From the NCBI GenBank assembly GCA_040220235.1, contig JAVJTO010000060.1: a DNA stretch of 64,000 nt; one strand, written 5' to 3'. The position numbers and the translations under genes were made by a program. The notes under the pieces are model-generated. The model did not search any database. It had not been told where the DNA came from and saw nothing but the letters and a program-made list of their open reading frames with translations. The stretch comes from Coleofasciculus sp. B1-GNL1-01. Lineage in GTDB: Bacteria > Cyanobacteriota > Cyanobacteriia > Cyanobacteriales > Coleofasciculaceae. Of this stretch, positions 1-9,216 are shown one piece after another (positions within the stretch are counted from its first letter, which is position 1; each line of letters opens with the position of its first letter).

Positions 1-76
1 TCTAGGGTGAGAAGTTGAGACTCACTTAGATAATTCTTAAGGCAACTGTGATAGAATTTGGGTAGCATTATTGATT

Positions 77-114
77 GAGCGGTTGATTGGAATAAACATA
101 GACCGCTCTTTTTT
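77..114 (+). terminator. Possible intrinsic terminator for a convergent gene outside the window
   Basis: GAGCGGT (77-83) / ACCGCTC (102-108) inverted repeat followed by T6; the loop is long. Confidence 0.25.
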
Positions 115-399
115 ACCACAAAACCAACCCATTTCTTGTTAATTTTTGGAAAAAGTCAAAAATTTATTTTCTATTGCTTTTACTCTGAGCGATACGTTCC
201 TTCTTACTGAAGTTCAAAGAGCCGAAAAATTGAAACGGCAAACGCCGTGCCGACCAAATTATTGTACTCAGAGGTGGTCAGGTAGAGGCACGAGGCAAGT
301 TTGATGATTTACGAGAAACCTGCACTGAGTTGCAGTAATTGTGGCAGTCCGGAGATGTCGCGAGACACCGTGATTTATGCATGTTAGATGCCGAATTCC

Positions 400-615
400 C
401 TATTCCCTAGCAGACTCTACCATTTTCTTTCTTAAACTCAGTGGTCGCATATCTGTCCATACTTCCTTGATGTATGCAAGGCATTCTTGTTTAAGACCAC
501 TTTTTTCTACATCTCGCCAGCCTAGGGGAATTTCCCGGTTAGCTAGCCAGATAGAATATTGCTCTTCCTGATTGACTACAACTCTGTAAATTGTGGTGTC
601 TTCGTCTTGACTCAT
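400..615 (-). CDS. mbtH: MbtH-like protein
   Basis: Signature [12 protein letters not shown]...IPLGW...[20 protein letters not shown] aaggag upstream. Confidence 0.97.
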   Translation of the reverse strand: MSQDEDTTIYRVVVNQEEQYSIWLANREIPLGWRDVEKSGLKQECLAYIKEVWTDMRPLSLRKKMVESARE

Positions 616-638
616 CGTTTTCTCCTTAAAGCTTCATT

Positions 639-1406
639 CTAGCGATCAATCTGTTTACGACCCACAAAGATTCCATAGCTATTCCCTTCAGGTTTTGCTA
701 AATTACCTTCGCGATCGTAGAGAGTAACTCCTGTAAAACCTACATTATCCAATGTAGACTTAACTTCATCCTCGGTATAAGCTTTGTAGATCCAAGTAAT
801 ATCTGAACGCTGCCATTGCTCCTCGATCAACTCAAAAATAGTCATTATATTCGGGTTAATTTTTTCTTTTGGATCGTAGCTCTCGCGACAAGCCCAAGCA
901 TAATCATCTTTGACCTCACCGTCAGTTAGGAAAGTGTCAGATCCGTAGGACTTAAACTTTCCTTTAAAAATTAGATCGAATACGAACAAGCCATTATTTT
1001 GTAGTGCGTCATAGACTTTTTTGAAAACGGCTTTTAGTTCCTCTATACTCATGATGTGGTTAAGACCAATATTGGTCGAAACAACTGCATGGTAGGTAGT
1101 TGGTAGCTCAAAGAAACGTGCATCACCTAGGATAAATTCAGCAGTGGGTGCATTTTTGCGAGCATAGTACAACATTCCTTCAGAACTATCCAGTCCAGTT
1201 ACTTGATATCCTTTAAGTACTAACTGTTGTACCGCTTGCCCCGTACCACAACACAGGTCGAGAATATGTGCTCCTTTAGGAAGATGATGCTGTATCAACA
1301 ACTTTTCTACCTGTGGCAGCTTAGTTTGACATGAATGTGGTCCCCAAGATTCATTGTACATGCGAGCAAAAGGATCATAGTTGGGATAAAGATTTACTGA
1401 AGACAT
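639..1406 (-). CDS. Class I SAM-dependent methyltransferase
   Basis: ILDLCCGTG motif I, VTGLDSSEGML, FILGDAR. Confidence 0.92.
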   Translation of the reverse strand: MSSVNLYPNYDPFARMYNESWGPHSCQTKLPQVEKLLIQHHLPKGAHILDLCCGTGQAVQQLVLKGYQVTGLDSSEGMLYYARKNAPTAEFILGDARFFELPTTYHAVVSTNIGLNHIMSIEELKAVFKKVYDALQNNGLFVFDLIFKGKFKSYGSDTFLTDGEVKDDYAWACRESYDPKEKINPNIMTIFELIEEQWQRSDITWIYKAYTEDEVKSTLDNVGFTGVTLYDREGNLAKPEGNSYGIFVGRKQIDR

Positions 1407-1496
1407 TAAAGATTACTCCTTGAATTAACTGAATCAAACAAAGAATCAATGCAAACGATCGGTTTAGGTCTCAACCTTACTTAGGATTCCCCCTAC

Positions 1497-2261
1497 CTAT
1501 TTTTTCGAGGATTTACGGGCTACAAAAAAGATAGTGCCAGCATTTAGAGGCGTCTCAAGTTTACTGTTGGTCTTGCCAATACTAATTTCTACAAAACCCG
1601 CACTTTTCAGAGCTAACTGAATTTCTTCTCTAGTGTATGCCTTTACTTTCCAACTACTGTCTGAACGCCGCCAAGTTTTTTCAACTAATTGGAATAACGT
1701 CATTTGGTACTGACCGATTTTATTTTCTGGGCTATAATTCCCCCTAAAAGCCCAAGCATATTCGTCTCTGATATCACCTTGAACAACAGCACCTTGCCAT
1801 CGCTGCGACTGATAGTATTCTTCCATATCCATATCAAAGACAAACAGACCTTCTTCCTTCAGGGTCTCGTAAACATTGTGGAAAATACCTGTCAGTTCCT
1901 CAAGGTTTAAGAAATGGTTTAAGACAGCATTGGTTGAAACAACGGCATCGAAGGTCGTCGGCAACTTCAAGAGTCGTGCATCACCTAGAATAAATTGACC
2001 ATCGGGTGCATTTTGGCGAGCATAACGCAACATCCCCTCAGACGCATCCAATCCAGTAACTTGATATCCCTTGATTAGTAGTTGTTGTACGACTTGACCT
2101 GTTCCACAACCTAAGTCAAGAATATGCGCTCTTGGAGAGAGATGCTGTAGTAGTAATTCTTCCAAAATTGGGAGAATTTTTTGACAGTATGGTAGTCCCC
2201 ATGAGTCGTTGTATATCTGACCAAAGTTATCATAGTCAGAAGCGGTAATATCTAAAAACAT
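1497..2261 (-). CDS. Class I SAM-dependent methyltransferase (paralog of 639..1406)
   Basis: ILDLGCGTG, VTGLDASEGML, FILGDAR; colinear similarity to the neighbour. Confidence 0.92.
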   Translation of the reverse strand: MFLDITASDYDNFGQIYNDSWGLPYCQKILPILEELLLQHLSPRAHILDLGCGTGQVVQQLLIKGYQVTGLDASEGMLRYARQNAPDGQFILGDARLLKLPTTFDAVVSTNAVLNHFLNLEELTGIFHNVYETLKEEGLFVFDMDMEEYYQSQRWQGAVVQGDIRDEYAWAFRGNYSPENKIGQYQMTLFQLVEKTWRRSDSSWKVKAYTREEIQLALKSAGFVEISIGKTNSKLETPLNAGTIFFVARKSSKK

Positions 2262-2323
2262 AACGTTTTCTTGTCTCTCCTTATAACGACATGAGATAGA
2301 TCGAACAAATTGACAGAATGAAT

Positions 2324-3715
2324 TTACAAAAAACCTCCTTCTTGCAGTTCTTTTACACTATCTTTGACTGCGTTAATAATATTGCTAATATCTTCATCTG
2401 TATGGGCAGTCGATAAAAAGCTTGCTCCTCCTCCAACTCGGAGCAGAACTCCTCTATCGAGCAAATGATAAGATAACAAATTCATACCCATCGAGGAATC
2501 TGAATTTTCTGAATGAGCGGAATTACTTGAGGAAAATGGACTGAATATCGAGCCAAAATTTACTAATCGGATAGGCATTTTTTCTGCTTCAAAGTAAGTA
2601 TTCAGTGTTTGGACAAATTCAGACGTTCGTTGATTTAATTGCTGCTGTAGAGCTGGCCCTTGAACCTTCAAATATTTGAGTACGGCATTGGCTGCTGCCA
2701 TAGCTAGTGGATGTTTACAGTAAGTACCTGCAAACATTGTTTTTTCTACCTGGGGTGAAGATGTATCACCATAATTCCACAGACCACCGTCAATTCTGTC
2801 CATATAGATAGCTTTGCCAGCAATTATGCCAATGGGTATACCGCCACCAACAACCTTGCCATAGGCAGCGATGTCTGCTTCAACGCCAAACCAAGCTTGT
2901 GCTCCGCCGGGATGGATGCGGAAACCAGTAATCATTTCATCAAAGATTAAAGCTATCCCTAATTCTTTAGTTAATTGCCTCAGTTGCTGGAGAAATACTT
3001 TAGGTTGCAAGTTAGGTCGGCTACTCTGTACAGGTTCAACCAGAACAGCGGCTAAATCTTGCTGGTAATCTTTGATAATATCCAGTGCATGAGGATTTCC
3101 ATAATCTAAAACCAACACATCTTCAAGAATACTAGTCGGTATCCCTGGAGCAACAGGAACTACCTGTGGATGTCCGTTGACTGTCTGTTTTTTAACGAGT
3201 ACTGCATCAAAATGACCGTGATAGGAGCCTGAAAACATGGCAATTTTATTGCGACCTGTTGTGGCTCGGGCTAAACGGATTGCTGCCATCATCGCCTCTG
3301 TGCCTGTATTACTCAAAGCCACACGCTCCATTCCTGTCAGTTCACCGATTAACTCGGCAACTTCTCCAGCCAACTCCGCCTGCGGACCAATTTGTATTCC
3401 CTTTTCCAATTGTTCTTGCAGTGCTTCTCTCAAGAACGGTGGATTATGACCGAATAGGTTTATTCCCAACCCCATGATTAGGTCTACATATTCGTTACCG
3501 TCTACATCCCAAATTCGAGAACCGAGAGAACGCCTCCCAACAATCGGATAGCACATCTCCTTGAGAGGCAAATTAAACCCTTCTGAAACCCGACGATCTG
3601 CTAGAACTGAACGATAAAGTTGGGTAAGCTCTTTTGAGGATTTTGTCCGCTTGGTATAGCGTTCAATTAAAATTTGTAAGTATTTTTGTTGTGATTCTGT
3701 TTTTTCGATGTTCAT
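2324..3715 (-). CDS. Class III PLP-dependent aminotransferase (GSA-aminomutase-like; resembles NRPS/PKS AMT domains)
   Basis: WDVDGNEYVD, NTGTEA, YHG, LIFDEMITGFR, YGKVVGGG (PLP Lys), AGTY. Confidence 0.92.
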   Translation of the reverse strand: MNIEKTESQQKYLQILIERYTKRTKSSKELTQLYRSVLADRRVSEGFNLPLKEMCYPIVGRRSLGSRIWDVDGNEYVDLIMGLGINLFGHNPPFLREALQEQLEKGIQIGPQAELAGEVAELIGELTGMERVALSNTGTEAMMAAIRLARATTGRNKIAMFSGSYHGHFDAVLVKKQTVNGHPQVVPVAPGIPTSILEDVLVLDYGNPHALDIIKDYQQDLAAVLVEPVQSSRPNLQPKVFLQQLRQLTKELGIALIFDEMITGFRIHPGGAQAWFGVEADIAAYGKVVGGGIPIGIIAGKAIYMDRIDGGLWNYGDTSSPQVEKTMFAGTYCKHPLAMAAANAVLKYLKVQGPALQQQLNQRTSEFVQTLNTYFEAEKMPIRLVNFGSIFSPFSSSNSAHSENSDSSMGMNLLSYHLLDRGVLLRVGGGASFLSTAHTDEDISNIINAVKDSVKELQEGGFL

Positions 3716-3753
3716 GAAACTGATGCTAGTTAATTTTTTGAGTTGGTATTAAA

Positions 3754-6700
3754 TTAGACAAAACCCCGATCAATTAGATAGGTCAGATAAGTATGAAGTA
3801 ACTTCTCATTTACGGGAGGACATTCAATAGATGTACCTTTCAAACCCTCTTGAGTATTTTGGCAATCAAATTTCATTGGTGTGGGATTATGTCCTCGATC
3901 TTGAGAACTTATTTCTGGGAAAAATGGCAACAGTGAAGACAAAACATGTTCGGGAGAAAACTTAGCAAGTTGAACTAACTGAGAGCGCCAGTCCTTATAA
4001 GATAATGGTTGAATTGAATAACCCATTTTGGAAAGTATATTCAGCAACATTTTTGAATGAAAAGGTTGGTAGTTTACGAGATGAAACGCTTTTCCGAGAG
4101 AAGTTTCTTGCTTCGATAAATGGATTATTGCCCTGCTAACATAATCTATAGGAGTCATGTCTTCGATCGTGTCTTCATCAGGTACATAACCAAGTTGAAT
4201 ACAACCGATTATCAGCCTATATAGACGGTCATTTGGGTTGAAAACACCAGTTTTACTATGTCCGGATACACGTCCTAATCTGTAAATACAAACAGGCAGT
4301 CCTCGATCCTGTGCAATTTTTACTAACTTTTCTGCAACCCATTTACTCTGAGAATAACCGCCTGATGGTACTCGTCGATCCTCTAGAGAATCTTGCTCTC
4401 GAACAACTTGAATGTCAGCACCTGCAACCGAGGAGAATACACTGGTAGTTGAAATAAAATGTACGGGCTTCACTTTGATTTGACTAGCTAATCTCAAAAC
4501 TTCCTGAGTTCCTAACACATTAGCTGCCTTGAGAGTGGAGTAGGGGGAAGTATGATGTACCCATGCACCATTATGGTAAATAACATCGACTTTACGAGAG
4601 AGCGCTTGGAATTCCTCCTCCGAAAGTCCCAAAAGCGGTCGAGACAAATCACCAACAACCGGAATGATTCTGGTGCTTAAAGATTCATCCCAAAGTAAGT
4701 AAGATTCAAGACTACTCTGGATTCTATTTTTACCCTCTTTCCGGTTAGGAGAACGAACTAAGCACCATATATCTGCTTGGGTTTGCTGGAGTAGTTCATT
4801 GAGTAAAAAAGCACCGACAAAGCCTGTAGATCCAGTTAGAAAAATACAAGCAGGTTGTGGGGTATGACGAATCAAGATAGATTCAGGACGGATTGCGGGG
4901 TCAAGAAAAATTTCGTTCTTGAGATCTAGAAGAGCATTAGGTTCAATACTATGAGTTTTTGTCTGGCAAGCTATCTCAATTTTTTCAGCTAAATCTGCTA
5001 AAATAGGTAGTTCAAAAAGAGTTTGTAAGGGGAGTTCTACTTTGAATGTTTCTCGCACCCTGATCAGGAGTTGAGTAACCAGCAAGGAATGTCCGCCCAA
5101 ATCAAAGAAGTTGTCATGAATCCCTACTCGTTCAACTCTAAGTACCTCCCTCCAAATCTTTGCTAGTGAAGTTTCAATTGGTGTACGTGGTGGTATGTAG
5201 ATTGTTTCTAGGTGAACCCCAGTCCTGTCAGGTTCTGGCAGTGCTTTACGGTCTACCTTGCCGTTAGGTGTTAAAGGTATTTCTTCCAGTAACACCAAAG
5301 CTTCAGGCATCATGTAATTGGGCAGATTTTCTTTGAGAAAGAGGCGCAGTTGTCTAATAGAAGGAGCAGATTGCTGTCGGGGAACGACATAGGCTACTAA
5401 CTGTTTGTTGCCAGGTATATCCTCTCGCGCTATCACTGTAGCCTGCTGCACTTCTGGGTGTCGGCTCAATACAGCCTCAATTTCTCCACATTCAATGCGG
5501 AAGCCGCGAATTTTGACTTGGTGGTCGATACGTCCGAGAAACTCAATATTGCCATCCGCTTGATAACGAGCTAAATCCCCAGTCTGATAAAGACGCGATC
5601 CTAATTTGCTGCTGCACTCTAAAGAGTAGGGATTGGGAATGAACTTTTCGGCAGTTTGAACCGGATTGTTGAAGTAACCGCAAGCTAAACATTCTCCACC
5701 AATGTAAAGATTTCCAGGAATACCAATTGGACAGAGGTTAAATTGAGAGTCAAGAATGTAATATTGGCTGTTCTGGATGGGTTTACCGTAGGGAATGCTC
5801 ACCCAGCTTGGATCCACCTCACCAATAGAATAGTGATTAGACCAAACCGTTGCTTCGGTCGCTCCACCAAGAGCGATTACTTGAACGCCAGGGTATGTCG
5901 TTCTGATTGAATCTGGCAGTGTTGTGGGTATCCAATCACCACTTAAAAAGACCAATCTGAGTTGATTTTGTCGGTCAATAGAACTTGCCGAAGGCAAAAA
6001 AGGTACTAGTTGCTGAAGTGCTGCTGGAGCAGAATCCCAGAAGGTGATTGGTTCATGACCGAGTATATGCACCAACTGTTCTGGATCGTGAATTTCGGAT
6101 TCAGAGGCAACTCGGATAGAACCTCCCGCTGCCAACAGACCAAAAATATCGTACACCGACAAATCGAAACATAGTGAAGTAATGAAGAGGATGCGATCGC
6201 TTGCTTGTATTTGGTACGCCTTATTCACCCAATCAATTAGATTAACTACGGACTTATGGCAGACAGCAACCCCTTTTGGTTTCCCAGTCGAGCCAGAGGT
6301 ATGAATTATATAAGCCAGGTTATCTGAAATTATTGTACCAGGTGGATTACTCTTTTGCCTTTGGTTTAAATGCCAATTTGTCCAAATTATTTTCTTCTGT
6401 TTTTCTGGACTGAAAGACTTGATTGATTGACTCTGTAAACGGGACTTTTTGATAATAACGTCATATCGGTATTGCAGTTCATTTTCAAATTTATCTTCTC
6501 GATGAAGTATTGAAATTTCGGAAATTTGGTCTAATTCTTCTCTTAAATAAGAAAAGAAAGCTTCATCGAGATAGAGTTCACTGTCTAATTGAATTTTGGT
6601 CTTGATACCAACATCTTGGTGATGTTGATTTTTAAAATCTTCTAGGGATTTTTGGAATTCCTTTTTCTGCCGTGCATCCATGACATCAGCAATCAAAATT

Positions 6701-9216
6701 ATTCCCTCTGGATTTAATAATTTAAGGGCGGTTTCTAATACTTGACTTAAATAGATAACTCCAGGAAAAAATTGAACGGTGCTTGCCAGAATAATTAGAT
6801 CGAAAGAATCGGATGCAAAAGCGGTAATTTCGTGGGCGAATCCTGTTCGCAGTTCGATATTAGAATAACCCTGTTTTTGAGCTTTTTGAAGGTTGCGTGT
6901 CTGGGTAACTTCTGAGGGGTCAACTCCGATGTAGTGAGAGACATGGGGAGCGATCGCAAACATGATAAGTCCAGAACCACATCCAATTTCTAGAACTCGC
7001 TTACCTGGCTCTAGGTATGGCTGTGCTAGTTTGACTACGTGGTTCTTGTATTCGTTAACTTCTGTTTCAGAGAAAGGAACTCCCGTATAACTGCTAACGA
7101 AGCCGCCGGCAGTAATATCATCAACAGCTTGTTCTGCGATACGATCCCAAAGCGATCGAACTACATTGGCTTCAAGGGGTTCTGGCGGTGGTTTCGGCGT
7201 ACTGATATCCAGACAAATTATGTCTGTTAGTCTGGGGAGTTTCCATTGAAGTTCGCGCACAGTCGGCAGTTGCCAGTATTGGGTAATAATATAGCGAACC
7301 TCAATAGGTGATAAAATTTGCCGGAGTCGTTCCATTGGCCAACTCGGTTCGAGTGGCACATACGCACCACCTGCCTTGAGAATACCCAAGATACCGACGA
7401 CCATTTCCAAGGAGCGCTCTACACAGATTCCCACCAGTACCTCTGGTTCCACCCCCAGTTTTTGTAGGTGGTGTGCGAGTTGATTCGCCCTGACGTTCAG
7501 TTCTCGGTAGGTCAACTGTTGCTCTTCAAAGACTACCGCTACTGCATCCGGTGTCTTCTCCACTTGAGCTTCAAACAACTGATGAATGCATTGATTCTGG
7601 GGATAATCCGCCCCAGTGTCATTCCATTCCACTAGCAATTGTTGTTTTTCAGCTTCTGTTAGGAGCTGTAAGTCTTGCAGACGCTGGTCAGAATTGGAGA
7701 GAATGCTTGCCAATAAGGTCTGGAAATGTCCTAGCATTCTAGCGATCGTACCTGCGTCGAATAAATCGGTATTGTACTCTAGGCTCCCAATCAGCCCCTG
7801 CTTGGTTTCCCTCATCGACAGGGTCAAATCAAACTTTGCCGTACTGCTGTCCGTTTCCAAAAGACTCAGGGTCAGACCGGGTAACTCTAAAGCCGATACT
7901 GGCGTGTTGCCGAACTCGAACATCACCTGGAGCAGCGGCGTGTGGCTCAGATCCCGCTCTAGTTGCAGTTCATTGACAAGGCGCTCAAAGGGCAAGTCCT
8001 GGTGAGCATAGGCTTCCAGCGCGACGTTACGCACTCGGCTCAAAAGCTCCCGGAAACTGGGACTATCTCCAAGGTGGGTACGCATGACCAGGGTATTGAC
8101 AAAGAACCCAATCAGTCCATCAATTTCGCGCCGATTTCGGTTAGCAATGGGCGAACCCACCAGAATATCTTCCTGCCCTGTATAACGGTAGAGCAACGTA
8201 TTGAATGCTGCCAGCAGGGTCATGAAGAGGGTGACATCCTCCCGCTTACTCAAATCTTTAAGAGCTTCAGTCAAAGCCTGAGGTATTATGAAAGATTGCG
8301 TTGTACCCCGGAAGGTTTGAACTGCTGGTCGGGTTCTGTCTGTGGGAAGTTCCAAGATCGGGGGGGCACCTTTGAGTTGCTGCCGCCAGTAGCTTAGTTG
8401 GTTATCGAGTACCTCTCCCTGAAGCCACTGGCGCTGCCAAGCAGCAAAGTCAGCATACTGGATGGGCAACTCCGGCAGTGGGGACGGCTGCCCCGTGGAA
8501 AAGGCTTCGTAGAGCGTACTCAGTTCTCGAATGAGAATACCTGTAGACCAAGCATCGGAGACGATGTGGTGCATCGTCAACAGCGCCACATATTCGGCTT
8601 CATCTAAGCGTACTAGAGTAATTCGTAGAAGTGGATCCTTGTCTAAATCGAAAGGTCGCTCTCGCTCCTCATCAGCCAATCGCAAAACTTCAGCTTCTCG
8701 CTCGTCGTCCCTTAGCTGCCGCCAGTCTAGTATAGGCAGCGTCAACCTTGGGGTCGGGGCAATCACCTGAACTGGCTGACCGTCTACCGTCTTAAAGGTA
8801 GTGCGTAAGGCTTCATGGCGGCGCACGATTTCATTAAAACTCTGCTCCAAGGCGGCTACATTGAGCGAACCCTCGAGACGCACAGCCCTAGGAATGTTGT
8901 AAAGGGGGTTGCCGGGTTCCATTTGGTCGAGAAACCATAACCGCTGTTGGGCAAAGGATAGGGGGAGGTTCCCCTCTCTCGAAACAGGTTGAATAGCCTG
9001 AGACGTAGTGTTTGAGGCAAGATTAGCCTGGTTGAGAAATGCAATAATTTCGGCTTTGCGATCGGAGATCTGAGCGCTGAGGTCTGGTGTTAACACCTCC
9101 TCAGGAGCATTACAACGCAGGCGAACCTCTTTCAGAGGCGCTCCGCTAACGCTTTCAACCCAAAGCTTGACATCCAGACTATAAAGGTAAGATAGAAATT
9201 CATCAATTGTTTTCAT
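3754..9216 (-). CDS. Terminal NRPS: docking-C-A(Cys-like, methyltransferase inserted between A2 and A3)-T-thioester reductase
   Basis: HHIVSDAW; VLEIGCGSG before A3 HTSGSTGKPKG; code DLYDFSLVWK; GGHSL; R domain TGSTGFVG and YSQSK. Confidence 0.93.
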   Translation of the reverse strand: MKTIDEFLSYLYSLDVKLWVESVSGAPLKEVRLRCNAPEEVLTPDLSAQISDRKAEIIAFLNQANLASNTTSQAIQPVSREGNLPLSFAQQRLWFLDQMEPGNPLYNIPRAVRLEGSLNVAALEQSFNEIVRRHEALRTTFKTVDGQPVQVIAPTPRLTLPILDWRQLRDDEREAEVLRLADEERERPFDLDKDPLLRITLVRLDEAEYVALLTMHHIVSDAWSTGILIRELSTLYEAFSTGQPSPLPELPIQYADFAAWQRQWLQGEVLDNQLSYWRQQLKGAPPILELPTDRTRPAVQTFRGTTQSFIIPQALTEALKDLSKREDVTLFMTLLAAFNTLLYRYTGQEDILVGSPIANRNRREIDGLIGFFVNTLVMRTHLGDSPSFRELLSRVRNVALEAYAHQDLPFERLVNELQLERDLSHTPLLQVMFEFGNTPVSALELPGLTLSLLETDSSTAKFDLTLSMRETKQGLIGSLEYNTDLFDAGTIARMLGHFQTLLASILSNSDQRLQDLQLLTEAEKQQLLVEWNDTGADYPQNQCIHQLFEAQVEKTPDAVAVVFEEQQLTYRELNVRANQLAHHLQKLGVEPEVLVGICVERSLEMVVGILGILKAGGAYVPLEPSWPMERLRQILSPIEVRYIITQYWQLPTVRELQWKLPRLTDIICLDISTPKPPPEPLEANVVRSLWDRIAEQAVDDITAGGFVSSYTGVPFSETEVNEYKNHVVKLAQPYLEPGKRVLEIGCGSGLIMFAIAPHVSHYIGVDPSEVTQTRNLQKAQKQGYSNIELRTGFAHEITAFASDSFDLIILASTVQFFPGVIYLSQVLETALKLLNPEGIILIADVMDARQKKEFQKSLEDFKNQHHQDVGIKTKIQLDSELYLDEAFFSYLREELDQISEISILHREDKFENELQYRYDVIIKKSRLQSQSIKSFSPEKQKKIIWTNWHLNQRQKSNPPGTIISDNLAYIIHTSGSTGKPKGVAVCHKSVVNLIDWVNKAYQIQASDRILFITSLCFDLSVYDIFGLLAAGGSIRVASESEIHDPEQLVHILGHEPITFWDSAPAALQQLVPFLPSASSIDRQNQLRLVFLSGDWIPTTLPDSIRTTYPGVQVIALGGATEATVWSNHYSIGEVDPSWVSIPYGKPIQNSQYYILDSQFNLCPIGIPGNLYIGGECLACGYFNNPVQTAEKFIPNPYSLECSSKLGSRLYQTGDLARYQADGNIEFLGRIDHQVKIRGFRIECGEIEAVLSRHPEVQQATVIAREDIPGNKQLVAYVVPRQQSAPSIRQLRLFLKENLPNYMMPEALVLLEEIPLTPNGKVDRKALPEPDRTGVHLETIYIPPRTPIETSLAKIWREVLRVERVGIHDNFFDLGGHSLLVTQLLIRVRETFKVELPLQTLFELPILADLAEKIEIACQTKTHSIEPNALLDLKNEIFLDPAIRPESILIRHTPQPACIFLTGSTGFVGAFLLNELLQQTQADIWCLVRSPNRKEGKNRIQSSLESYLLWDESLSTRIIPVVGDLSRPLLGLSEEEFQALSRKVDVIYHNGAWVHHTSPYSTLKAANVLGTQEVLRLASQIKVKPVHFISTTSVFSSVAGADIQVVREQDSLEDRRVPSGGYSQSKWVAEKLVKIAQDRGLPVCIYRLGRVSGHSKTGVFNPNDRLYRLIIGCIQLGYVPDEDTIEDMTPIDYVSRAIIHLSKQETSLGKAFHLVNYQPFHSKMLLNILSKMGYSIQPLSYKDWRSQLVQLAKFSPEHVLSSLLPFFPEISSQDRGHNPTPMKFDCQNTQEGLKGTSIECPPVNEKLLHTYLTYLIDRGFV
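6193..6200. repeat. HIP1 octamer GCGATCGC (one example of many, e.g. 6950, 11103, 14946)
   Basis: Recurrent GCGATCGC throughout the window, a cyanobacterial genome signature. Confidence 0.85.
9121..9152 (-). mobile_element. Small dispersed repeat (SDR5-like), 24-bp in-frame insertion at a HIP1-like site
   Basis: Minus strand GCGTTAGCGGAGCGCCTCTGAAAGAGGTTCGC with hairpin CCTCT/AGAGG; the paralogous position (24717-24724) has only GTGATCGC. Confidence 0.65.

Noticed and set aside
225..248. Hairpin ACGGC-GTTT-GCCGT plus T-rich tail on the minus strand as operon terminator
   Set aside because: Only a 5-bp stem with an interrupted U tract; too weak to call
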